A DNA stretch of 64,000 nucleotides from a virus. A program made the translations under genes and the position numbers. The stretch is taken from IMG/VR virus record IMGVR_UViG_3300009159_000032, one strand, 5' to 3'. Below are positions 1-8,773 of the stretch, piece by piece. Numbering within the stretch: the stretch's first letter is position 1; every line of letters begins with the position of its first letter. Under the pieces are notes generated by a model. That model saw only the letters and a list, made by a program, of their open reading frames with translations. It did not search any database and was not told where the DNA came from.

Positions 1-1478
1 TTACTGCACTTGAAAAGAAAAAGAATTGTATTCTATTCATTGACGAAGCACACATGATGAACGGTGCGGGTGCAGCCGGAGGGGGTAGTAACGACATGGC
101 TAATATGCTGAAGCCGGCATTAGGCAAAGGCACACTTAAAGTCGTTGCCTCAACCACGTGGGAAGAATTCCGTAAACACTTTGAAAAGGATCGTGCCCTA
201 ATGCGTCGATTCCAACGTGTGATTGTGAATGAACCAAACGAAGCAACTTCTATTAAGATTATAAAAGGTCTTAAAAAGTATTACGAACAACATCACGGTG
301 TTAAGATTACTAATCAAGCTGTCATTGATAGTGTAAAATACAGTATCAAGTATATGACTGATAAACGCCTGCCAGACAAAGCCATTGATTTAATTGACTG
401 TGCCTGTGCTCGCTTTAAAGTACGTGATCAAGAAAACGGTATTGTTGACCACGACGAAATTGTTTTTGAAGTTAGTAAACTAACAGGTCTTCCATTAGAT
501 CAAATTGCTGCAAAAGAAAATAAAAATCTCAAAGACCTTGACAAGAATATGCGTAGCAAAGTGTATGGTCAAGAATCTGCAATTGAAATTTTGTTAGATA
601 AAATCTTTATTGCTCAAGCAGGTTTAAAATCTCTAAACAAACCTGTAGGTAGTTTCTTGTTTACTGGACCAACAGGCGTTGGTAAAACTGAAACTGCAAA
701 AGTGCTGGCCGCAGGTATGAGTGTAGAACTTGTACGTTTTGATATGAGTGAGTATCAAGAGAAACACAGTGTTGCCAAGTTTATCGGTGCTCCTCCAGGA
801 TATGTTGGTTTTGAAGACAATGCCGGACTGCTGATCACTAAACTACAAGAACATCCTAACTGTATCTTGTTATTTGATGAGATTGAAAAAGCACATCCGG
901 ATGTTAGTAATGTCCTATTACAACTAATGGACAATGGCTACGTTACAGGTAGCAACGGTAAAAAAGCAGATGGCCGCAATGCTATTCTTATCATGACCAG
1001 TAACTTAGGGGCCGCTGATGCAGAACGCAATGCTGTAGGCTTTGGTAGTCTTGAAAGAGATGATGACGGTAAAGATGCTGTTAACAGTTTCTTTAAGCCA
1101 GAATTCCGCAATCGTTTAGACGGTATTATTAAGTTTGGAAAACTTGATCATAACACAATGGCTAAAATTGTTAAGAAGTTTATTGACGAACTTAATAGTC
1201 TGCTTAAAGATAAGAATGTTCACGTTAAACTTAATGCAGATGCTGCTGAACTATTAATCAAGAAAGGCTTTAATCGTAAAATGGGTGCCCGCCCACTGCA
1301 ACGTACTATTGACGACATGATTAAAAAGCCACTAAGTAAAGAAATTTTATTTGGTAGACTTGTTAACGGTGGCATTATTGAAATTACAGTTAAGAACAAC
1401 CAACTGTCAATAACATACCCTGAGATTCTTTCAGTTGAGGCTACAAGTGATAAAGATAAAGAGACTGAAAACCAATAA
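1..1478 (+). CDS. clpA: ClpA-type AAA+ unfoldase (HSP100), 5'-truncated by the window edge
   Basis: The frame is open from position 3 (TALEKKKNCILFIDEAH = NBD1 Walker B). It has NBD2 Walker A GPTGVGKT, RFDMSEY, GAPPGYVG, Walker B LLFDEIEKAH and GARPL. There is no ClpB/C middle coiled coil, and a VGF ClpP-docking loop is present. Confidence 0.9.
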   Translation, partial: TALEKKKNCILFIDEAHMMNGAGAAGGGSNDMANMLKPALGKGTLKVVASTTWEEFRKHFEKDRALMRRFQRVIVNEPNEATSIKIIKGLKKYYEQHHGVKITNQAVIDSVKYSIKYMTDKRLPDKAIDLIDCACARFKVRDQENGIVDHDEIVFEVSKLTGLPLDQIAAKENKNLKDLDKNMRSKVYGQESAIEILLDKIFIAQAGLKSLNKPVGSFLFTGPTGVGKTETAKVLAAGMSVELVRFDMSEYQEKHSVAKFIGAPPGYVGFEDNAGLLITKLQEHPNCILLFDEIEKAHPDVSNVLLQLMDNGYVTGSNGKKADGRNAILIMTSNLGAADAERNAVGFGSLERDDDGKDAVNSFFKPEFRNRLDGIIKFGKLDHNTMAKIVKKFIDELNSLLKDKNVHVKLNADAAELLIKKGFNRKMGARPLQRTIDDMIKKPLSKEILFGRLVNGGIIEITVKNNQLSITYPEILSVEATSDKDKETENQ

Positions 1479-2139
1479 GCTGTTTTTTAACAAGTGGCCT
1501 TACAAGGTCAGTTGTAAAGTTTCTGGTGCAAGCAGGGTTGTTGCACTAGGCTTAGATCGTGCCGAAAAATGGTGTAAGGGAGAGTGGTCACCTCCTTTTA
1601 ATTCCTCTCGTATGAATGTTACTGATAAACCAGATCTATTAAAGTTTGTTAGGTCCATTAAAAGTTTAACTCTATTAAAAGAAGACGTTAAGGTTAGAGC
1701 CGAAGGCGCACATTTTAATATGTTTTTTAAAGATCCTACAATTTTGAAAAAAATTGAAAGGAAACTTAGTCCCTGGATTGAAAGCATTACTGAACCTAAT
1801 AGTCAAGAAGAACACGACTTTTTAATGTCTGGTAACAGTAAAAAAGTTCTCTGTGACGAAATACCCAAAGGCAAATATGTGTTTAAAGTGTATCTCAAAG
1901 AATCTATAAAATCAGATACACGAGAACAGTTCCTTCAATGGAGTGAAAAATACGGAGAGGATATAATTTTAGTCAGTCCTACAACATTGCGATGGTTAGC
2001 AGGGCAAAAATTGTACAAGCAAGACCCGTTTTTCTATGTCAACAACGCCTCAATGATGACTATGGTTAGAATTTTCCTTGGTGACAACGTAAGACGTGTG
2101 CATGAATACGTGCCCAGAAATAAGCTAGAACCAGTATAA
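1435..2139 (+). CDS. hypothetical protein (234 aa)
   Basis: Long ORF with a TTG start, colinear with and overlapping the clpA end; no recognisable motif. Confidence 0.7.
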   Translation: MRLQVIKIKRLKTNKLFFNKWPYKVSCKVSGASRVVALGLDRAEKWCKGEWSPPFNSSRMNVTDKPDLLKFVRSIKSLTLLKEDVKVRAEGAHFNMFFKDPTILKKIERKLSPWIESITEPNSQEEHDFLMSGNSKKVLCDEIPKGKYVFKVYLKESIKSDTREQFLQWSEKYGEDIILVSPTTLRWLAGQKLYKQDPFFYVNNASMMTMVRIFLGDNVRRVHEYVPRNKLEPV

Positions 2140-2142
2140 ATA
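2135..2142 (+). promoter_or_regulatory. T4-like late promoter TATAAATA
   Basis: Exact T4 late consensus 21 nt upstream of the ATG at 2164; it overlaps the upstream stop codon. Confidence 0.6.
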
Positions 2143-2163
2143 CAGTATCAACCACTGTAAAAT

Positions 2164-2625
2164 ATGCCATCATTAAGTAAAAGTTTCAAATTTGTTGTTC
2201 ATACAGGAGTAGGCTCAACCGCTACTAGTGTAGCAGTAGGATATCCTTTGTATCCCTTTGGAATCTCTGGTACACAGATTTTTACTAGTATAAAAGAGCA
2301 GGGTGCCGGTTATTACGGTACTACTAACGGGTTACATACCCTAGTGGTAGCAACTACCCCAAGTTTTAGAGGTACTGCAACTGTACAGGCAACACTAACA
2401 ACAGACCCTCAAGAAGCAGATTGGTTCAATGTCAGTCCTGCAGAATTCACTTATACAGCTTCAAGTCCAGGATATATCCCCGGACAGTTAATAGGTGCAA
2501 ACCCCAATGGCACTAGCCCCGGTCCTAGAAACGATTACTCAACATTTAATGGTCAATTTACTTGGTTACGTACACGTATTGCAATCGACGAAGGTGCTGT
2601 ACTGTCTATCAAGTACAACTACTAA
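2164..2625 (+). CDS. hypothetical, probably structural beta-rich protein
   Basis: 153-aa G/T/S-rich ORF behind a late promoter. Confidence 0.65.
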   Translation: MPSLSKSFKFVVHTGVGSTATSVAVGYPLYPFGISGTQIFTSIKEQGAGYYGTTNGLHTLVVATTPSFRGTATVQATLTTDPQEADWFNVSPAEFTYTASSPGYIPGQLIGANPNGTSPGPRNDYSTFNGQFTWLRTRIAIDEGAVLSIKYNY

Positions 2626-2638
2626 GTCAAAAAAATAG

Positions 2639-2645
2639 CTAAATA
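2639..2645 (+). promoter_or_regulatory. putative late promoter CTAAATA
   Basis: TAAATA core in the intergenic gap, followed by a GGAG RBS at 2656-2659 and ATG 2666. Confidence 0.45.
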
Positions 2646-2665
2646 CTCAAATAACGGAGTTTGGC

Positions 2666-3043
2666 ATGCTATTGAACGAATTTTTTGGGTCTATTAATCT
2701 AAAAACAAATACTGAATCTTCAAAAAAAGAAGAACACAAAAAAGTTAAACAACAGGCCCTTGCTGACGATATTTTTGAATATATCATTAATAATAATAAG
2801 CTACACAAAAATGTATTCTTTCCCATTGCCGAAAAAATAGTTAAAGAAGCAACTAAAGAACATGATCCAAAAATGTGGATGCCTATAGTTAACAAAGGCT
2901 GTATGGAATTTTACAATCACATAAAATTAAAAGATAATCCCAAAGAACTTTTTACAGAAGAATTCCGTGAAGAATTGTGTCACAAAATGGCAGAACACTA
3001 CAACCGTGATATATTAACCGGCATATATAATCTAGGAAAATAA
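2666..3043 (+). CDS. hypothetical, candidate head-associated protein
   Basis: 125 aa with a GGAG RBS. The N-terminus MLLNEFF resembles that of the next gene (MLLNQLF). Confidence 0.7.
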   Translation: MLLNEFFGSINLKTNTESSKKEEHKKVKQQALADDIFEYIINNNKLHKNVFFPIAEKIVKEATKEHDPKMWMPIVNKGCMEFYNHIKLKDNPKELFTEEFREELCHKMAEHYNRDILTGIYNLGK

Positions 3044-6000
3044 ATGCTGTTAAATCAATTATTTTCTCCTAAAAAATTATTCGAGGGCGGCAACTTAGCC
3101 AGTCACAAAGCTGACGGACAACCTATGCCAGGATGGCAGGGGATTCCTGGACAACATCAAGCACAAGAACTAGATTTAAACGTACACAACCGTACAGAAG
3201 TAGTAGCTGTACTATCTGATTTATTACACGGTATTAATGATGCATTTGCACAACAATTTAAAGAACCGCTTTGGCATGAAAATTCTGTAAAGGCTCAAAA
3301 GTTCTTAAGTGGTAGTACTATGCGATTCTTTGATAAGAAAATTTCAGACGAAGAATTTGTACGTGTCAAACCTACAGTAGGTGATATTGATACACAGGCG
3401 CCCGATAAACACGAAGGAACAATCAAACAATTCCTTACAGGATTAATTGGTAAGAAAGTAGGCGATGCTAAATTTATTGGATTTAGTGCTGGTAACAATC
3501 AATACACTAGTATGTGGGAAGTTTTACTAAAGGATCTTCCAGTTAAATTACAGATCGACTTTGAATACGGAGCACACGATCCAGAAACTGGATTACCCAC
3601 TCCGTGGCAAGAATACAGTCATAGCAGTTCTTGGGAAGATTTATCAGCAGGTATCAAAGGTGTATTTCACAAATACATCGATCGCGCCTTGCCATACGCT
3701 TCTACTGTTAGCACTAAGTATGTTGCTCGTGTATTAAAGAAAAGTACAAAAATCAGTGATGAACCTGTAACAGATTCAGATTACAGTTTTGCTGTCAGTG
3801 GTCAAGGCGGTGGTGGTGTAAGTAGAAAGTATGTTCCTTATAATGATCCAGCTACTGGTGCTCCTATGGAAAGAGACGGCATACCAGTTATGCAGTTATT
3901 AGATCCAGCAAACAGACAATACATTCAAAATCTTGGACAACAATTTGAAATTTTCTTTGGTCGTAAACCCAAAGGTAATGATCAGCAACTTAAAAATAGT
4001 TTTGTGGGCACTGTAGAACTAGCCAACAAATATCTAGACGACCAACAACGTACAGAATTATTCAACAGATTTGTATCTATATGTTTCGAACCTGGTAGTC
4101 AAATGATTACCAAAGGCGACCCAGCTAGAGATCGCAATATTAAAATGGCTGCTATTGATTACATGATTCAAAACATGAAACTTGCTAATCCTCAGGGCAT
4201 GAGAAAGCAGGCTATTAAAACAGCCATGGACTATGAGCAGGCCTTTACTTCAAAGCAGGCAGGTAAGGGCTTGAACGAAGCAGAAGTTAAGGCACAGTTT
4301 CGTAAAAACATGCCTCACCTTAAGGATCTAAAGCCCATTGATTTTTTAGATTTGTTAGATGAATTGCATCAAGGCAACGGACAATTTAAATTAAAGAATA
4401 TTCCATTAAATGTCAAAGTAGATGGCTTTGGTGGCCGCTTTGGTAAGAACTCAGACGGCAAGCCATTTATGGCCACAAGTAGAACAGAGCCGCGTTATCA
4501 AGCAGGCTTTGTTGACTATCATCAAAAGAAAGGCACAACTGATCCCGAAATACTAGGTCGTGCTCAACTTTTTGACGATTTGTTTGCAGAAATGATGAGT
4601 GCTGTACAACTTGTTGACAGCAAACTAGGTCCTGATTTTTTAATTAACAAACAAGTAACCTGCGAAGTTTTATATCTGCCATTTGCTACAGAAACTCCAG
4701 AAGGCAGGTTAAAATTTGTAGGTATACACTATGACAAACTTCCACAGGGTGTTCAATTAGCACTAGTTCCGTTCCGCGTAACAGATGCAACCACAGGCGA
4801 AGACCTTCCAGAGTCAAATAAAATAGTTAAAGAATTAACCAGCGTAGGTCGTCAAGGCAGTGTAATGTTTATTGACAACAGTCTAACACAAAACGAAGAA
4901 TTAGATGTTACTGAAATTATTAATGTGTTAGATAATATTGAAGAATTAAAACAGATTGTGTCGGACACTGCTGGTAAAAGAGATCGTGCTAGTTTAGATC
5001 TTAGACGTCAAGTTGAAGAAAAATTACAACCAGTTAAAGTAGAACTTGAAAAAGCAATTATTAACGATCCTAACATCATTGGTAAAGATTTATTGGGCAA
5101 AGACTACGAAGGTATTGTTATCAATAGTCGCCTTGGTCCTATTAAAATTACCAGTCAAGAACAACGTGATGTTATTAGTGCTAAAAATGCAGCTAAAGTA
5201 AGTGCAAGAACAGAACAGCCACGTGCAAATTCTAATAAAACAGCAGTAGTAGCAATAGGATCTTTTATTGGTCATAAAGGGCACGAAGAACTTTGGGACT
5301 ATACTGTTAAGAAAGCAGAACAAGTTGGCGGTGATCCTTATCTGTTTATCGGTAATGCAGAAGGCAAAGACGATCCTATTCCTCCTTCAGTTAAAGTACA
5401 GACATGGCATAAACTATATCCAGAATATGCTAAGAATATCAGCACAGTACAAGAAGGCGGACAGCTAATACAAAAGATCAAACACGAATTAATTAATCCA
5501 CTTCCAGGTAAACCTCCACGCTATGATAACATTATTATCATGGTTGGCGAAGATAGAGCAGGTATTAACATGCCTAATGCTTTAATGAAAGCTGTGAACA
5601 AATTCCAAGGATATGAACATGTTAAGGTAAGCCTTGATGTTACTCCGCGTGGCACTGGAATTAGCGGAACTGCGTTACGTAATAGTCTAAAAAATGATCC
5701 TCCAGAAAAAGCATTGGCTACATGGTCTAATGCATTTGATGTAAACAAACTTGGTGTTGATTGGATCAAACACTTAATGGATATAACGAGAAAAGGTATG
5801 GGCATACAACAAACACAACCACAACAACCTGCATCGCAGCCCACACCAATGGCTGAGATGAGACTGTTCAACGCTCTTGTAGCACCAAAACATAGTATGC
5901 AAGAAGGCTTAGGTAAACACGTTGCTAGTGCTGCATTAGCAGGTGCTATGGCATTCGGTGGTGCAGGAGCACATGCCCAGAGTTCAGGAGAAGATTTTTT

Positions 6001-7117
6001 ACCCGATATTGTTGCTCACGTTACTTTTAAAGTTAACGGCAAAGAAATATCAAAAGATATTAATCTAGGAACAACATATAAATCTCCCGGTGAAGCGTCA
6101 GCTGCACTTGAAAAATTCTTAAAATCTAAAGGCATCAAGTATTTTGAATATAGTCTTGAGCGTGTAAAATCAAAAGATGACGACTATATAGATAAAACTC
6201 CGGCATCAGATACAAGTACATCGGGTTCCGTAGACAGTCGTCCTTACAGTTCAACTGGAAATTCACCAAGTAACTATATGGCTAAAGAAAATGTAGAAGA
6301 AGCTAAGTCTGCTAGTAGACGTTGGCATGATGCATTACAGCGTGAAAAAGAACGCCGTGAACGCAATGAACGTGCAGGTCAAGAACTTCTAAATCCTAAA
6401 AAGAAAGAAGAACCTAAAGAAAAAGATGTGGCGGAAGGCTCCTTAGAAGCAAATACTCCAAATCCTGTTGTAGTAGTACAAGACTTAAAAGGTAAGATTT
6501 TAGATAAAGTAAATCTATCAATGGCTGTACAAAAATATAAATTAGGCAACCCGCAAGATATAAAAAATCAATTAGCACATCAAAACTATACTCAAATTGG
6601 AAATTATATTATAGTGTCACCTATGAGCGGACAGCCGCAAGATGCAACAACGCAAGGTGTGGCGGAAGGTGACAGTGGTGCAAAATATAAAGTAAGAAGT
6701 ATTGGGCACGATGCCAAAGGTGATTATTATATCAGCCCAAGCACAGGAAAAAAAGTTTATAAAAAGGGTGCCAAAGTCGGTGATCACGAAAATCCCAAAA
6801 CGGGCGAGCACAAAGGTGTAGCGGAAGGTGATAGTCCAGCAATGGCACATACTACCAAGAGCTTGGAAAATCCTCCTAAGGTTATGCAACACCGTGCCAA
6901 ACGTGATCAAGAACGTGATAAGCAACTACAATATAGAAATATTTCTAAACGAGATGAAGATCTAGACGAAAAAATCAAAGGCGCAGACGGCAAAGCCTGC
7001 TGGCCCAACTATCGTTACAACGGTACAGAGAACGGCTCAGACAAGTGTGTTAAAATTGGCGAAGCATGGGAATTAGAAATGTCTAATGCTATTAGTAAAC
7101 TATTTGAAAACCGATGA
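3044..7117 (+). CDS. 1357-aa multidomain protein/polyprotein: Pol-beta-type NTase + ligase-type (KxDG) NTase + HIGH-type cytidylyltransferase-like domain + short modules
   Basis: Motifs GS..GDID (3311-3391), NVKVDG (4409-4426), YEGIVI/PIKI (about 5105-5150), GHKGH (5270-5284), MVGEDR and GISGTALR. The C-terminal modules are separated by VAEG repeats. Confidence 0.75.
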   Translation: MLLNQLFSPKKLFEGGNLASHKADGQPMPGWQGIPGQHQAQELDLNVHNRTEVVAVLSDLLHGINDAFAQQFKEPLWHENSVKAQKFLSGSTMRFFDKKISDEEFVRVKPTVGDIDTQAPDKHEGTIKQFLTGLIGKKVGDAKFIGFSAGNNQYTSMWEVLLKDLPVKLQIDFEYGAHDPETGLPTPWQEYSHSSSWEDLSAGIKGVFHKYIDRALPYASTVSTKYVARVLKKSTKISDEPVTDSDYSFAVSGQGGGGVSRKYVPYNDPATGAPMERDGIPVMQLLDPANRQYIQNLGQQFEIFFGRKPKGNDQQLKNSFVGTVELANKYLDDQQRTELFNRFVSICFEPGSQMITKGDPARDRNIKMAAIDYMIQNMKLANPQGMRKQAIKTAMDYEQAFTSKQAGKGLNEAEVKAQFRKNMPHLKDLKPIDFLDLLDELHQGNGQFKLKNIPLNVKVDGFGGRFGKNSDGKPFMATSRTEPRYQAGFVDYHQKKGTTDPEILGRAQLFDDLFAEMMSAVQLVDSKLGPDFLINKQVTCEVLYLPFATETPEGRLKFVGIHYDKLPQGVQLALVPFRVTDATTGEDLPESNKIVKELTSVGRQGSVMFIDNSLTQNEELDVTEIINVLDNIEELKQIVSDTAGKRDRASLDLRRQVEEKLQPVKVELEKAIINDPNIIGKDLLGKDYEGIVINSRLGPIKITSQEQRDVISAKNAAKVSARTEQPRANSNKTAVVAIGSFIGHKGHEELWDYTVKKAEQVGGDPYLFIGNAEGKDDPIPPSVKVQTWHKLYPEYAKNISTVQEGGQLIQKIKHELINPLPGKPPRYDNIIIMVGEDRAGINMPNALMKAVNKFQGYEHVKVSLDVTPRGTGISGTALRNSLKNDPPEKALATWSNAFDVNKLGVDWIKHLMDITRKGMGIQQTQPQQPASQPTPMAEMRLFNALVAPKHSMQEGLGKHVASAALAGAMAFGGAGAHAQSSGEDFLPDIVAHVTFKVNGKEISKDINLGTTYKSPGEASAALEKFLKSKGIKYFEYSLERVKSKDDDYIDKTPASDTSTSGSVDSRPYSSTGNSPSNYMAKENVEEAKSASRRWHDALQREKERRERNERAGQELLNPKKKEEPKEKDVAEGSLEANTPNPVVVVQDLKGKILDKVNLSMAVQKYKLGNPQDIKNQLAHQNYTQIGNYIIVSPMSGQPQDATTQGVAEGDSGAKYKVRSIGHDAKGDYYISPSTGKKVYKKGAKVGDHENPKTGEHKGVAEGDSPAMAHTTKSLENPPKVMQHRAKRDQERDKQLQYRNISKRDEDLDEKIKGADGKACWPNYRYNGTENGSDKCVKIGEAWELEMSNAISKLFENR

Positions 7118-7383
7118 AACAATATAGAATATCAGGATTCCCAATAGATGCATCAACTGATCCAGATTGTGCATTGTCTCCTGACGATCCTATACATAAA
7201 CTAAAGGCCAGTAATTGGCTAGGTGAATTAGGCGCCGAAGCTAGGATGGCAGAATACAATAACAGCAGTCGTACGCCTACATGGAATGATCCACGTAGCG
7301 AAAATGCACGTATTATGCGTGAACAAGGTATTAAACCAGGTACTCCTGCTTGGTTCGAGCTTTGGTTTGGAAAAAATAAATAA
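7114..7383 (+). CDS. hypothetical protein (89 aa)
   Basis: ATGA-coupled to the upstream gene; ends in KPGTPAWFELWF. Confidence 0.7.
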   Translation: MKQYRISGFPIDASTDPDCALSPDDPIHKLKASNWLGELGAEARMAEYNNSSRTPTWNDPRSENARIMREQGIKPGTPAWFELWFGKNK

Positions 7384-7389
7384 CATATT

Positions 7390-7764
7390 ATGAGAATATC
7401 TGAATTACTCACCGAAGTTAAGTCTGGCAAAATCAGCAAGAGAGCACAACAACCCAGTCGTGGCATTAACACCTATGGCGATGTTGAACACGCAAACAGC
7501 GACTATGTAGGCTTTAAGCTAGGGCAGGCTATGGCAATGAGTGACGGTTCGGGTGCTCCGATAAACATTGACCCTAAGAGCTGGTACGGTAAAAAGAAAA
7601 CTGTGCATCCTTATTCAGAAATAGAACAACAGATGTTTAAAGATGCGGCTAAGGTAGTCGGAGCTAGTTATAAAGATATAAACAAAGGCGATATGAAAAG
7701 CAAAGAGCTAGACAGTACTCACAATATTAGTCCTGTGCCTGATAGAAAGAAGCTAGCAAAATGA
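7390..7764 (+). CDS. candidate internal head protein
   Basis: N-terminus MRISELLTE resembles a T4 capsid-targeting sequence; ATAAATA lies at 7376-7382. Confidence 0.7.
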   Translation: MRISELLTEVKSGKISKRAQQPSRGINTYGDVEHANSDYVGFKLGQAMAMSDGSGAPINIDPKSWYGKKKTVHPYSEIEQQMFKDAAKVVGASYKDINKGDMKSKELDSTHNISPVPDRKKLAK

Positions 7765-7925
7765 AAATACAAGAACTCTTAGAAACAGCAACAGGTATGG
7801 GCACCAGTGCTATTGCAACCAGCATGCCTGCAAAGAAACCTAAGAAGGGACAGAAATTAAATCTGCTTGGGACTCCTGTATCTGAGACAGATAAAGAAGT
7901 TAAGATAATAAAGAGACAACCATGA
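7761..7925 (+). CDS. small candidate internal head protein (54 aa, missing from the ORF track)
   Basis: Manual translation gives MKIQELLETATGMGTSAIATSMPAKKPKKGQKLNLLGTPVSETDKEVKIIKRQP. It has ATGA overlaps with both neighbours and fills the gap exactly. Confidence 0.8.
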   Translation: MKIQELLETATGMGTSAIATSMPAKKPKKGQKLNLLGTPVSETDKEVKIIKRQP

Positions 7926-8773
7926 ATCATCCAGACCACGAAATAGAAATGGCACGTTCCGAATTATATTCAATAGCCAAATATGCTATTGCACTTCACG
8001 AGATGTTAGAAAATGTCAGTGAACTAGACGGCATGGAAGGTTGGCAACAGAGTAAAATCACTCGTGCAGCTGACTACATGGAAAGTGTTTATCAAAGCCT
8101 TACACATGAAATGAAATTTGGAGAGTCTGCTCCCAAAGGTTGGGAAGGTACCGTTAAGGCCATGAAGAAACACAAGGAAATTGATAATCCTTGGGCACTA
8201 GCACACTATATGAAAAACAAAGGCTACAAGAGTCACAAGAAAGAAGAAGGTGTGGCAGAAGCAGGATATGGTCGTAACAAAGATTACGATCCCGGATTTG
8301 CCAGTCCACACGCACCAAAGTTAACACCTATTGGTGGTCCAAAACAAGATGACGAATACGTAAACGGTAATCCAGTAAACAATATTGAAGTATCTATTAA
8401 CGGTCGTCCTTGGAAGATATTTCCAGGCAAGGGACCAGATGGTAGTCGGGCATTTTTCCAACAAAAACAAGATGTTGACGAAATGTGTAAACGCAAGACT
8501 GCCGCAACTGGTAAGAAATGGAGTTGGGGTGTTACCGGTGAGCCTGCTACCAATGAAAGTACTGTGCAGGAACACAAGAAAGGTGTACGTGCTATGAAGC
8601 ATACCACTAAGCCAAGAAACCCAGTAATGGCTGGAGACAAACCAGGTAAAGCAACTGTTACTCACAAAAACAAAAAGAAAGATCAACAACGCGGTGTAGA
8701 AAAACACAAAGGCAAAGAACCTGCTTATGAATCGCGCCTGTGGAACGCACTGTCACAACACTTAGAAAAATAA
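7922..8773 (+). CDS. modular hypothetical protein, candidate polyprotein
   Basis: 283 aa of short modules separated by FGE/S, VAE/A, TNE/S and VQE/H; contains one GVAEA repeat. Confidence 0.75.
   Translation: MNHPDHEIEMARSELYSIAKYAIALHEMLENVSELDGMEGWQQSKITRAADYMESVYQSLTHEMKFGESAPKGWEGTVKAMKKHKEIDNPWALAHYMKNKGYKSHKKEEGVAEAGYGRNKDYDPGFASPHAPKLTPIGGPKQDDEYVNGNPVNNIEVSINGRPWKIFPGKGPDGSRAFFQQKQDVDEMCKRKTAATGKKWSWGVTGEPATNESTVQEHKKGVRAMKHTTKPRNPVMAGDKPGKATVTHKNKKKDQQRGVEKHKGKEPAYESRLWNALSQHLEK

Larger units (their letters stand above)
6423..8262 (+). repeat. dispersed in-frame repeat AAG(G/A)TGT(G/A)GC(G/A)GAAG, encoding (G/D)VAE(G/A); 4 copies
   Basis: Copies at 6423-6439, 6654-6676, 6813-6835 and 8247-8262. 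The copies at 6654 and 6813 match at 21 of 23 nt. Confidence 0.85.

Noticed and set aside
2645-2660. RBS-masking hairpin ACTC/GAGT before ORF 2666
   Set aside because: Only 4 bp and AT-rich; too weak to support without conservation data.
6423-8262. GVAEG DNA repeats as a CRISPR array or DGR template/variable repeat
   Set aside because: Spacing is irregular (about 160-1430 nt), all copies are in frame within genes, and there is no cas or reverse transcriptase gene or long adenine-mismatched repeat pair in the window.
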